Shown piece after piece: positions 1 through 9,013 of a DNA stretch of 64,000 nucleotides (position 1 is its first letter; each line of letters starts with the position of its first letter). Below the pieces are notes generated by a model. It ran no database searches and was not told where the DNA came from. It worked only from the letters and a program-made list of their open reading frames with translations. Location of the stretch: positions 1,056,001 through 1,120,000 of the forward strand of contig OZ241456.1 in the NCBI GenBank assembly GCA_965200875.1, read 5' to 3'. The position numbers were made by a program, and so were the translations under genes. The stretch comes from Bdellovibrionales bacterium. GTDB taxonomy: Bacteria; Bdellovibrionota; Bdellovibrionia; Bdellovibrionales; UBA1609.

Positions 1-54
1 TCATTAAGATATTACAGGTCTGGCTTGAAAAATTTATTAATTCATGGGACACTC

Positions 55-169
55 GACTAAAAGCTAACAACTTGACTTTTCAGTCCCGGGAAAACGGGAA
101 TCTTGTTGAGTTTTAGGGAGATGTTTCATTCTTTTTCCTTAAGAAAATATACTTTTTCACGGGCTACTA
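55..169. repeat. Copy of dispersed modular MITE/REP-like element (hairpin, palindrome, terminal TTTTCACGGGCTACTA)
   Basis: 77-160 nearly identical to 7744-7828; ends in the family terminal repeat. Confidence 0.85.
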
Positions 170-263
170 TTTAAACTGTAAGAAATTTAAACAAACGAGT
201 AAATTTTACAAGTGGGTTAATTTTTCTTTATCTTTTTTGCTGTTTATATTGTAAAAATGAACT

Positions 264-638
264 ATGAAAATTTTGTTCCTTATTTTTTTTATTTTCACTC
301 CTTTAGCTATTTCTGCTGATTATTTTGACTATCTACTCGAACAGGAGGATGTGGATGTAAATTGCTCCAATGTTTTGGATTTTGTAAAAGAGTATATAAA
401 CTTAAGTGACAAAAATCAAAATCTCCTTGTAGTATCAGCTAATCGGTTTTTAGGGGAAACAGAAGGAGATAATCAAGATCCGGAAAATTCAGAAGAGGAA
501 GGTGCGACAGAGGAAGATATCAATCAAACTGTTTATTTTGTACAGAATAATCAGATGATTTTATCAGATAAAGCCAGTATCATTTTAGAAGTTCTTCCGG
601 GTTGTTTAAAGTCAGAAAAGCAACCGGTTTCCAAATAA
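264..638 (+). CDS. Hypothetical exported acidic protein
   Basis: 124-aa ORF with N-terminal signal peptide (MKILFLIFF..AISA). Confidence 0.6.
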   Translation: MKILFLIFFIFTPLAISADYFDYLLEQEDVDVNCSNVLDFVKEYINLSDKNQNLLVVSANRFLGETEGDNQDPENSEEEGATEEDINQTVYFVQNNQMILSDKASIILEVLPGCLKSEKQPVSK

Positions 639-796
639 TTTGCCTAGCTTAGCTCTGGGCTGGCCGGGTTTTGACTGGCTGGGACTGGGTTTTGACTGCT
701 CATAAAAATAATTATTGATAAAACTTGACTTAAGAACTGCTTTGAAAGCATTGTTGACCTTAAGAGCATTGTTGATATTAAAAAAGGAGATAAAAA

Positions 797-1378
797 ATGT
801 CAGTTACTTTACCAGCACTTCCCTATCCAAGAAATGCCTTAAGTCCTCATATTTCTGAAGAAACTCTTAATTACCACTATGGCAAACATCATCAGGCTTA
901 TGTCAATAAATTAAATGCCTTGATGGAAAACAGTGATTTTGCAAAAGCCAGCTTGGAAGAAATCATTAAAGAATCAAAAGGAGCTATATTCAACAACTCC
1001 GCTCAAGTATGGAATCATACTTTTTACTGGAACTCTCTTTCTCCTGAAGGTGGAGGAGAACCTCCGAAGGAAACAGCTGATGAATTGGAAAAACATTTTG
1101 GGTCTGTGAAAAAGTTTAAGGAGCAATTTACCACTCTCGCTCTTGGGCAATTTGGCTCCGGTTGGGCTTGGCTGGTCAAAACTTCTGATGGCAAATTAGA
1201 GGTACAATCAACAGGGAACGCAGACACACCTCTTCAAAACGGAAACATTCCTCTTTTAACTTGTGATGTTTGGGAACATGCTTATTATATTGATTATAAA
1301 AATGCCCGACCCAACTATTTATCCGCTTTTTGGAATATAGTGAATTGGGATTTTCTCAACAAAAACTTGCAAAAATAG
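797..1378 (+). CDS. sodB: Fe superoxide dismutase
   Basis: HYGKHH, NNSAQVWNH (Fe-type AQ), DVWEHAYY; RBS AAGGAG. Confidence 0.96.
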   Translation: MSVTLPALPYPRNALSPHISEETLNYHYGKHHQAYVNKLNALMENSDFAKASLEEIIKESKGAIFNNSAQVWNHTFYWNSLSPEGGGEPPKETADELEKHFGSVKKFKEQFTTLALGQFGSGWAWLVKTSDGKLEVQSTGNADTPLQNGNIPLLTCDVWEHAYYIDYKNARPNYLSAFWNIVNWDFLNKNLQK

Positions 1379-1386
1379 TTAACAAT

Positions 1387-2640
1387 ATGTCTTTAAAACG
1401 AGTCCGCGGAACAGAAGATCTAAAGGAAGAACCACAACAAAAGCACAACTTTATCGTGGAAACAGCCAGAAAAGTGGCTGATCGTTTTTGTTTTCAAGAA
1501 ATATCCACTCCTGTTTTTGAGTTTACAGAGGTTTTTAGTCGCATTTTAGGAGAGGGATCCGATATAGTGAATAAAGAAATGTTCACTTTTAAAAATCGAA
1601 ACAACGAAAGCCTTACTCTGCGACCAGAGGGTACAGCTGGTGTAGCTCGTCACTTTATTACAGAAAATCTACATCAACATCTTCCTTTGCGTTTTTTTTA
1701 TCAAGGCCCTATGTTTCGGTATGAGCGACCACAAAAGGGTAGATTGAGGCAATTTCATACTATTGGTGTAGAACTGTTGGGAGAGGATATGCCTCGAGGG
1801 GATATTGAGTGTATCTCTTTGGCTTGGCTGTTTTTTAAAAAATTGAAAATAGAAACAGAGCTTACATTGGAAATTAACAGTATTGGAGATCTGGAGAGTC
1901 GAAATCAACATAAATCAGCTTTGCTGGCCTATTTAAAACCTCTAAAAAATAAATTAAGTGACGACAGCAAGAGACGATTAAAAACAAATCCTTTAAGAAT
2001 TTTGGATTCCAAAGACGAACAGGATAGAGAGATTATTCAAGCTTCTCCACCTTTACAGGATTTTTTGAACCGAAGATCAAAAGCTTTTTTTACAGAAGTG
2101 TTAGACGGACTGAAGTCTCTCAATATCCCCTGGAAACTCAACCCCCATTTAGTGCGTGGTTTGGATTATTACAACCATTGTGTATTTGAATTTAAAGCAA
2201 ACAGTGAAAAATTGGGAGCACAAAACACAGTTTTGGCTGGTGGTCGCTATGATCGATTGATTGAGATAATGGCTAAAGGAGGGGAGCGTGTTCATGGTGT
2301 GGGTTGGGGTGCTGGTATTGAGCGAATCTGTTTTCTTATTGAAAAACTACCATCTCTTCAGCGGGCTATTGCTCTTGTGCCTCTGGGGGAATCAGCTGAA
2401 AAATCAGCCATCAAACTGGCTTGGGCTTTGCGACAAGAGGGATTTACTGTGTTTCACCCGCGTTCCACTGGGAACTTGGGAAAAAAAATGAAAAGAGCTT
2501 CGCAGATGAACGCAAAATATGCTTTGATTTTTGGCCCTGAAGAAATAAAAAATAACACTCTTTCCATAAAAAATTTGGATAAGAAAAGTCAGGATTCTAT
2601 TCCTGCCGATCAAATAATCACTTATTTTAAGAAATTATAA
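1387..2640 (+). CDS. hisS: Histidyl-tRNA synthetase
   Basis: RGT N-terminus, LRPEGTA, FRYERPQKGRLRQF, RGLDYY, GGRYD; start moved to ATG 1387. Confidence 0.97.
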   Translation: MSLKRVRGTEDLKEEPQQKHNFIVETARKVADRFCFQEISTPVFEFTEVFSRILGEGSDIVNKEMFTFKNRNNESLTLRPEGTAGVARHFITENLHQHLPLRFFYQGPMFRYERPQKGRLRQFHTIGVELLGEDMPRGDIECISLAWLFFKKLKIETELTLEINSIGDLESRNQHKSALLAYLKPLKNKLSDDSKRRLKTNPLRILDSKDEQDREIIQASPPLQDFLNRRSKAFFTEVLDGLKSLNIPWKLNPHLVRGLDYYNHCVFEFKANSEKLGAQNTVLAGGRYDRLIEIMAKGGERVHGVGWGAGIERICFLIEKLPSLQRAIALVPLGESAEKSAIKLAWALRQEGFTVFHPRSTGNLGKKMKRASQMNAKYALIFGPEEIKNNTLSIKNLDKKSQDSIPADQIITYFKKL

Positions 2641-2829
2641 AAAATATGTGTTTAATAATCAGTCAGGAGTCAGCTAAAAAAAACGGCGAAAAACTGTCCT
2701 GAAATCCACATAATGAAAAGTAAAAAGTTAATAATATCAATCATTTAAAAATAAAATCTTTTTTTGATGCCTAGGTTGGATTCATTGGTTTTTTTAAATG
2801 TTTTTCTTTTTATTACCGAAAAGTAGAGT

Positions 2830-3213
2830 ATGAAAATAAAAATTTTGTTATTCTCTGTATTTCTTTTTATAGGTTGTGACAACAATAAAAAGCTAAACAG
2901 TGAAATCATTTCTCCTGAAAATACTGATAGGCCCTCTAAAGAGGAACCTGATCGTAACAATGTCAATAAGACTGCTTTGTGTTTGGATATAGTAAAATTT
3001 ATGAAAATCCCAGCAGATGACGAGAAGACTTTTGATAGTGCTTTTGCGCGTATATCTGAAGAATATGGCGAAGATTTAGTGAAAAAAACTTTCCGTACTA
3101 TGTTGGAGGATCGAAGAATGTATTTTTCTCGTTGTTTGAGAGAATTTGGTTATTTAATATCAGATGATTCTGTCCGATCTTGTGCTCTTAAAAAATTAAG
3201 AGATAATTGTTAA
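2830..3213 (+). CDS. Hypothetical lipoprotein
   Basis: Signal peptide with lipobox FIGC. Confidence 0.65.
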   Translation: MKIKILLFSVFLFIGCDNNKKLNSEIISPENTDRPSKEEPDRNNVNKTALCLDIVKFMKIPADDEKTFDSAFARISEEYGEDLVKKTFRTMLEDRRMYFSRCLREFGYLISDDSVRSCALKKLRDNC

Positions 3214-3238
3214 ACCATAATCTGGAATTGGTAACAGT

Positions 3239-4957
3239 TTAGAAAAGCCGACTTAAGGACATACCAAAAAAATGATTAAAACCTTCGTGACCTTTTATAC
3301 TAAAACTTTGGTATTGAAGAGAAGATACAAAAGAGTAATAGTCAAACACCACAATGCTTACAGCACTTTTTTGATTGATAAACCCTCCGTATGTCAACAG
3401 TGGTTGATGAAATTCTGCTTTAAAACGTGCAACATCGGAAAAGCGTATAAACATTCTTGCAGTTAGTCCCAATCGGGCCAATCCAGAAATAGAGTTTAAG
3501 TCTTTTTCTGTCCAAGATCTGTTTACACCTAATTCTAAAAAAGGCAAAAGAGAAAACCTTAAACCTTCACCTAAATCATCAGACAATCCTATCCCTAACC
3601 GAATCAATCCTTCATCCCAATATTGTTTTAGAGAAACAGTATGTCTTCTCCAACCTGCGTAAATATCCCTCACAAAAGAAGATTCAACAAGATTACCAGG
3701 ATGGCTGGTATTCATATCTAAAATGCTAAAAGAGGAGAGAAAAACATAATGTTTGTCAAAGGACATCTCAATAGAGAGTAGTTCAATATGATCTGCCCAA
3801 AAATTGTTGTTGATAGAATTTAAAAAATTCCAATATCCTGGACTTAATTTCAAGCTAAAAATTTCAGATTTCATTCCTTTTTGCCATGACAAGGTTAAAC
3901 TTCCATTTCTTTTAGATTGTAGTTCCGTCATTTTTTTTCGCGGGATCAAAAGAGGAGAGTGATATTGTTTTTTGAATTTAAATAGTTCATTTCGAGTTTC
4001 CTTATCATCTGTACGAGGTAGAGTGTAATCAATCCATTCTGTGATTGCGGTTTTAAGTGGAGATAGAGAAAGTGGTCCGGGAGACTTTTTTTTAAGAGAC
4101 TTAATCTCAGGAAAATTCCAAGGGCTGATTTTTTTCATTAGAGTTTTTTCTTTTGAAGTCAGAACTTGAAAAGCCTGAACCAACCTTGTTGCTACAGCAG
4201 GTCTATAAATTGGTTCTCCTATTTTGTTGCACACTTTAAGGGCTTGTATGGTTTCTATAGGGTACACATAAAACTTCACAGAACAATCTATATTATTCAA
4301 GCTTTTCTGGAGAATTTTAAAAATGTACCAAGAGCAGTTAGTAAATAAAAAATTATAATAGTCCCCTTGGTTGGAAAGCGATTCCTGAATCAAGTGGTTA
4401 AGCTTTGTCCGCTCCAATTTAGTGATTTTAAGAGGGATAATCCATATATCCCTATTTTCTCTTTCGTACTCCCAGTATTTTTGATTCCAAGACACCAACC
4501 TGTAAGCTCCTGGTATCGTCCAAAACAAGGAACGAAAAACAAAAAAAGGCACAGAAGTATTACCTAAATATTCAAAAGTGGGGCTATCTGGCGAAGGAAT
4601 AGGTGAATCATGAAACACAAGCAAAGTGTGTCCAAAAGAGGAGATAGGAGATCGCAGGTTTTGGCTTCCAAACACTATGGACACTTTTTTAAATTGATTC
4701 AGAGGTTTTTTACTTAACAGAGAATCATACTTAGGTATAGAGTGATTGGTCTGTGGTGGCTTGGTCTGTGGTGATTTGGTATGTTGAAGCTTGGTATGTG
4801 GGGGTTTAGTATGTTGAAGCTTGGTATGTGGTGAATCAGCCACAGTTTTGAGGAGACTCTGGGTCTTGCCTGCTGAAGAACTATAAACATTCGTTATTGA
4901 TGACGGAAAAGGCATAAGCAAAAGAAAAAAGTATATTGGTTTTATTTGAACTCTCAT
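3239..4957 (-). CDS. DUF4105 (Lnb-like N-terminal) domain envelope protein
   Basis: Signal peptide; FGHTLL and YNFLFTNC motifs; beta-strand-rich C-terminus ending in F. Confidence 0.7.
   Translation of the reverse strand: MRVQIKPIYFFLLLMPFPSSITNVYSSSAGKTQSLLKTVADSPHTKLQHTKPPHTKLQHTKSPQTKPPQTNHSIPKYDSLLSKKPLNQFKKVSIVFGSQNLRSPISSFGHTLLVFHDSPIPSPDSPTFEYLGNTSVPFFVFRSLFWTIPGAYRLVSWNQKYWEYERENRDIWIIPLKITKLERTKLNHLIQESLSNQGDYYNFLFTNCSWYIFKILQKSLNNIDCSVKFYVYPIETIQALKVCNKIGEPIYRPAVATRLVQAFQVLTSKEKTLMKKISPWNFPEIKSLKKKSPGPLSLSPLKTAITEWIDYTLPRTDDKETRNELFKFKKQYHSPLLIPRKKMTELQSKRNGSLTLSWQKGMKSEIFSLKLSPGYWNFLNSINNNFWADHIELLSIEMSFDKHYVFLSSFSILDMNTSHPGNLVESSFVRDIYAGWRRHTVSLKQYWDEGLIRLGIGLSDDLGEGLRFSLLPFLELGVNRSWTEKDLNSISGLARLGLTARMFIRFSDVARFKAEFHQPLLTYGGFINQKSAVSIVVFDYYSFVSSLQYQSFSIKGHEGFNHFFGMSLSRLF
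4746..4835. repeat. Six imperfect in-frame 15-bp tandem repeats (HTKLQ/QTKPP linker)
   Basis: TT(G/A)GT(A/C)TGT-N6 unit x6. Confidence 0.85.
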
Positions 4958-5256
4958 GTTTCATAGTATTGTGAATGGAAGACAAATTCTTTTCCATCCC
5001 GGTTCTTTTCGAAACCAGTTTGGTTCATTTTATTTTGAAATAGCATGACTGGCGAGACAGCAAAACATTCTTTCATTGTTCGAGGAAAATAATATTTTTC
5101 TTAGACGCGCTTTTAGTTTGGATATAGATTTTTTACCTTTACTTTTCTTAACGAAAGTGCCTATCAAAACACTGTCTTCTTGACTAAAAATTTCATTTAT
5201 GATCCTAGCGTAATTTTGCAAAAGAAATGTAAACACCTTTGGAACACAAACTGTAT

Positions 5257-5624
5257 TTACTTTCCCACAGATTTTCTCAAATCCACATTGTAGGTATTAG
5301 GGGAAATTTTCCACATACTGCCTGTGGCCAAGTCTGTAGTGGATCCAAATAAACCCCCTATAAAAAAATTGACCCAAAAAACAGGTTCTATACTTGAGTC
5401 TAAAACCAAAGAGCGTGATTGATAACCTTCTTTGCTGACTCGCAAGTTAACTTTAGAACTTCTTTCGATTCTACCAGTAAAAGGTGTTCTACCCACCATT
5501 TGTCCATTGATATAAATTTCTGCTGAATCCACATTGGAATTGATATTAATCGGTTGATCGGAACCCTTTAAGATTGAGGCACAACCTGTAGTGAAGAGAA
5601 GAGAAGAGAAGAGAAGAGTTTCAT
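5257..5624 (-). CDS. PEGA-domain lipoprotein, currently out of frame from its start codon (putative phase-OFF)
   Basis: RBS AAGGAG plus ATG 5624, then (CTCTT)5; lipobox TTGC and PEGA motif (AEIYING..VGRTP) lie in another frame. Confidence 0.75.
5594..5618 (-). repeat. (CTCTT)5 pentanucleotide repeat in the signal-peptide coding region
   Basis: AAGAG x5 on the + strand. Confidence 0.95.
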
Positions 5625-6078
5625 AACTATACTCCTTATTATGAACTGTTAAACTGCACTCCACTTTAATAACAAGACATTACTTTGTCAATTTATTTTC
5701 ATTTCTTAAACCAAATTTTAGGGGTCAAAACATCAGAAGTTCATAAATATTGGAAAACACTTATTTATTTTTATTGCATTGTGCATTACAGCATGATATG
5801 TGAAACTTGAAGTTATTTAATCGCCCGTGAAAAACCTCTGATACCGATTATTTACCGGCATGTAAAAAAAATTTTACAGCTGTGTAAAGATTTCATTCTT
5901 TAATACTTCTGTTTAGTATTTTGCATAAAATTTATTATTATCAATATAAAAAATGGGGTGGCCCATATCTTTGGCTACCTCATTTGTGTTGATTTAATAT
6001 ATTCCATCAGTAATTTCATGCTAAGTGCTGAATGGGAAGATTTTTATGGTAGTCAAATTTTGGGGGTCAAGAACAATT

Positions 6079-6714
6079 ATGAAAACTATACTTGTTTTAT
6101 TATTCTTAAGTTTAAGTTTTTTTAGTCATGGTCAAGAGAACACATATCCCTCATGTAATATTAATAATTATAAAGAATATATATATATACTAGGCCATCA
6201 TAGATGCAAATTGTTCGAGGCGGATTTGCGTTATGTGAGTTTGCGCTATGCGAATTTGAGCTATGCAAATTTATACAAGGCGAATTTGAGCTATGTAGAT
6301 TTGACCAATGCGAATTTGAGTCATGCAAATTTGCACCTTGCGCATTTGTACAATGCACATTTGTACCAAGCTAATTTACACAAAGCGAATTTACACCTTG
6401 TGGATTTGTACAAAGCAGATTTGAGCCTTGCTACTTTGAGCCATGCAAATTTGTATGAGTCAGATTTGAGCTATGCGGATTTGAGCTATGCGGATTTGCG
6501 TTTTGCGGATTTGTATGGAACAGATTTGAGCCATGCAAATTTGCTCTATGCGGATTTGAGCCATGCGGATTTGTATGGAGCAGATTTGCGCCATGTAAAT
6601 TTTACAGATGCGGATTTACATCTTGCAAATTTTACTGGTGCGAAAGTTGATCCAGCTGGGGCAACTTATTTAACTTCACAAGGTATAAGTGGTTTTGTTG
6701 TTGTTGTAGAATAA
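6079..6714 (+). CDS. Exported pentapeptide-repeat protein (paralog 1)
   Basis: Signal peptide MKTILVLLFLS, CNINNY cap, A(N/D)Lxx repeats, YLTSQGISGF C-cap. Confidence 0.9.
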   Translation: MKTILVLLFLSLSFFSHGQENTYPSCNINNYKEYIYILGHHRCKLFEADLRYVSLRYANLSYANLYKANLSYVDLTNANLSHANLHLAHLYNAHLYQANLHKANLHLVDLYKADLSLATLSHANLYESDLSYADLSYADLRFADLYGTDLSHANLLYADLSHADLYGADLRHVNFTDADLHLANFTGAKVDPAGATYLTSQGISGFVVVVE

Positions 6715-6732
6715 TCTTTACTGTAGCTCTTA

Positions 6733-6948
6733 TTATGAAGCTTTCCATTTTATGGATAACTTTTTCTTTTTCTTCACACAATCTAAAAGGTAAAAATTAA
6801 TGAGTTGTTGATAAGGGATATTATTTTTTTTACTGAGAGCTTTAAAATAATCAATTACTTCATGGTTTAAATTAATTCCCACACTTTTTTTGTTTTTAAC
6901 AGGGCTTTTAACTTCTTTCATTTTTGAAAAATTATACTCTTTTTTCAT
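6733..6948 (-). CDS. BrnA-family (CopG-like) antitoxin
   Basis: MKKEYNFS...VIDYFK...IPYQQLIN pattern; overlaps the stop of the brnT remnant. Confidence 0.85.
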   Translation of the reverse strand: MKKEYNFSKMKEVKSPVKNKKSVGINLNHEVIDYFKALSKKNNIPYQQLINFYLLDCVKKKKKLSIKWKAS

Positions 6949-7043
6949 AAAACATCCTTAAAAATCATTTGCGCTTCTTCAAACCATATTCCATGCTTTT
7001 GACGATTTTTCTCATTTTTAAGTTCGTTCCATTCAAATGCCAT
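6945..7043 (-). pseudogene. BrnT toxin remnant (32 aa, internally deleted)
   Basis: MAFEWNELKNEKNRQKHGIWFEEAQMIFKDVL*; only the BrnT N-terminal FEW..KN..N..KHG motif remains. Confidence 0.85.
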
Positions 7044-7273
7044 ATAGATATTGTATATATAATATCTATATAAGTCAATCTTCTTTCCATCCATTTTTTA
7101 GCTACTTTTTAAGCGACAAGTGTATTTATTAGCCCTCTATGAAAAAGCTATGATTAAGTGATATGGATGACCAACCTTTCCTATGGCTGGTTACCCTAAT
7201 ATGTAAAGTTGCTCTTCTTTCAAATCCTAACGATTTTATGGACAATCTTTTTTTCATAATAATTTATGATTAT

Positions 7274-7429
7274 TCAATGTGTAATTTCATTTGCTATGGC
7301 CTCAGCTTGTTTTAGTACATTGTCGATGGCAAGTTTTTGCATATCTGGTGGGTAACCATATTCTCGCAAGGTTCGTTTAACCATAACTCTAAGCTTGGCC
7401 CTTATATTTTCCTTAATTTGCCAGTCTAT
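7274..7429 (-). pseudogene. hsdR: C-terminal remnant of type I restriction subunit HsdR
   Basis: [43 protein letters not shown] is the typical HsdR (DUF3387) tail; a stop lies immediately upstream. Confidence 0.85.
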
Positions 7430-7667
7430 TTAAGAAAATATTTTAAATGGCTTAGTCAGGTGTATTGGAAAGAAAATGTTGTATGGTCGCCAGGTTACTT
7501 TATCAGTAGTGTTGGTGTGGATGAAGAAACAATTAAGAGGTATGTTGCATATCAAGGACAGCAGGATTCAGATCAGCTTCGTATGAAGCTGTAGCAGATA
7601 GGACCACGGCTTTAGCCGTGGGAGTCTATATGCAGTTTTAAACAGAGCACCACGGCTTTAGCCGTGG
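7427..7667 (+). mobile_element. tnpA: IS200/IS605-family tnpA 3' fragment with two terminal hairpins
   Basis: WSPGYFISSVG..EETIKRYVAYQ; CCACGGCTTTAGCCGTGG at 7604-7621 and 7650-7667; HUH half missing. Confidence 0.88.
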
Positions 7668-7691
7668 GTGAAAGAGTTTTCCTGAATACGG

Positions 7692-7836
7692 TAATGGTCC
7701 GTGAAAAAGTCTTTTCATACAGCTGAAAAGCCAAGTTATTGGCTTTTCAGTCCCGTGAAAACGGGAATCTTGTTGAGTTTTAGGGAGATGTTTCATTCTT
7801 TTTCCTTAAGAAAACATACTTTTTCACAGCAGACTA
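7692..7836. repeat. Copy of dispersed MITE/REP-like element
   Basis: TAATGGTCCGTGAAAA...TTTTCACAGCAGACTA ends; internal CTGAAAAGCCAA..TTGGCTTTTCAG hairpin and CCCGTGAAAACGGG. Confidence 0.85.
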
Positions 7837-7861
7837 CGTAGTATGCAGTATCAGCTGGTTC

Positions 7862-8068
7862 TTAGTCGCCAGTTTTAAGTTTTTTAATTTCTTCTTCAGA
7901 AAACCCAGTGCCTTGGCAAAGAACCTGCAAATCCACACCACTCTTAAGTAATTTTGAAATCAGCTCTCTTTGGCCTTCCTGCCGGCCTTCCTGCCGGCCT
8001 TCCTGCCGGCCTTCCTGCCGACCTTTTTTTAAGGCTTCATCATACGAAGATTTTAATAATGGCATCAT
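7862..8068 (-). CDS. Putative intragenic small Rpn antitoxin (RpnS), 68 aa
   Basis: Internal GAGGAG 9 nt before in-frame ATG ATG, preceding the (GRQE)4 repeat. Confidence 0.6.
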   Translation of the reverse strand: MMPLLKSSYDEALKKGRQEGRQEGRQEGRQEGQRELISKLLKSGVDLQVLCQGTGFSEEEIKKLKTGD

Positions 8069-8797
8069 AATTCTTCCCTCCTCTTTCACTGTGGCTTGTT
8101 CAATCTCTTTTACAATCTCCCAATTAAATTTTGGATCATATCGCCGTATATAATCCACTGCTCGCCCGATCAATTCCTCACGCTCACTGGAACTAAGACC
8201 CTGACCTATCGTAAAAAGCTCCTTCACTTTTGATTCATCAAGTCGCCAGATATGTTTTAGAATATACAAAATAGGACGCGTTGTCAAATCCTTGGCCTCC
8301 TTTGACACATCTAAAGACTGAATATTTAAGACACGCGGACGAAAATTCAACACATTATCTACAAATCTCTCTTTTAATTCCACCGGGAAATTATGCAGGT
8401 ACTCGTGAAAATCAAAAGGCCCTGACCATATCTTTTGTGTACTTTGGTTAATAAACACAGGAAGAATAGGGGTTCGTGTATTTTGATAAATCCCTACCTG
8501 ATATATTAAAAACTGTCTCATCAAATCTTGGTCGTATTGGCTTTTGTGTTCCATTAAAAATAATATTCTAGCAGGTTTTTTAGAGCTTTTAAGCTGAGCT
8601 GAGACCAAGAGGTCCATACGTTTTTCTTTTGCGGATTTATCAATAAAAGTTGTGGCTTCTGTTTTAAGGGTGTTCCAATCAAAAAGTTTCATTTCCTCTT
8701 TTGAGAGAACAAGGCTTAGGATATCCACGCAATACTTGGTTTGTGAGTAAACCTCTTTGAATAAATGATCATGTAAAAATTTTTTAGTTTTATTCAT
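7862..8797 (-). CDS. Rpn/YhgA family PD-(D/E)XK nuclease
   Basis: HDHLFK, MDLL, LMEHKS, C-terminal GRQE repeats and TGFSEEEI tail. Confidence 0.9.
   Translation of the reverse strand: MNKTKKFLHDHLFKEVYSQTKYCVDILSLVLSKEEMKLFDWNTLKTEATTFIDKSAKEKRMDLLVSAQLKSSKKPARILFLMEHKSQYDQDLMRQFLIYQVGIYQNTRTPILPVFINQSTQKIWSGPFDFHEYLHNFPVELKERFVDNVLNFRPRVLNIQSLDVSKEAKDLTTRPILYILKHIWRLDESKVKELFTIGQGLSSSEREELIGRAVDYIRRYDPKFNWEIVKEIEQATVKEEGRIMMPLLKSSYDEALKKGRQEGRQEGRQEGRQEGQRELISKLLKSGVDLQVLCQGTGFSEEEIKKLKTGD
7972..8019. repeat. (GGCCTTCCTGCC)4 tandem repeat encoding GRQE-type units
   Basis: Four perfect 12-bp units. Confidence 0.95.
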
Positions 8798-9013
8798 AAT
8801 CTTGAGAAATGGAATATAAAAAGTTTTTTGTCAATGGAATAAGAGATTTTTGGTAGAAATTAAATAGTTGGTCCTGAATAAGTTTATTTAGTAGCCCGTG
8901 AAAAATTTCTGATTAGGTGAGTTACCTGCTTATACAATTCAGTCATCTATACAAATCTAAAGTCTTTCTTAAAGCCATCCTGAAAATCTTTTATACTGTC
9001 GGCAATGTTATTG

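Noticed and set aside
650..780. Short direct repeats and a possible Fur-like box upstream of sodB
   Set aside because: Too short or AT-rich to distinguish from background
7337..7594. Intact 85-aa transposase ORF
   Set aside because: The first 30 codons are antisense hsdR and the HUH motif is absent
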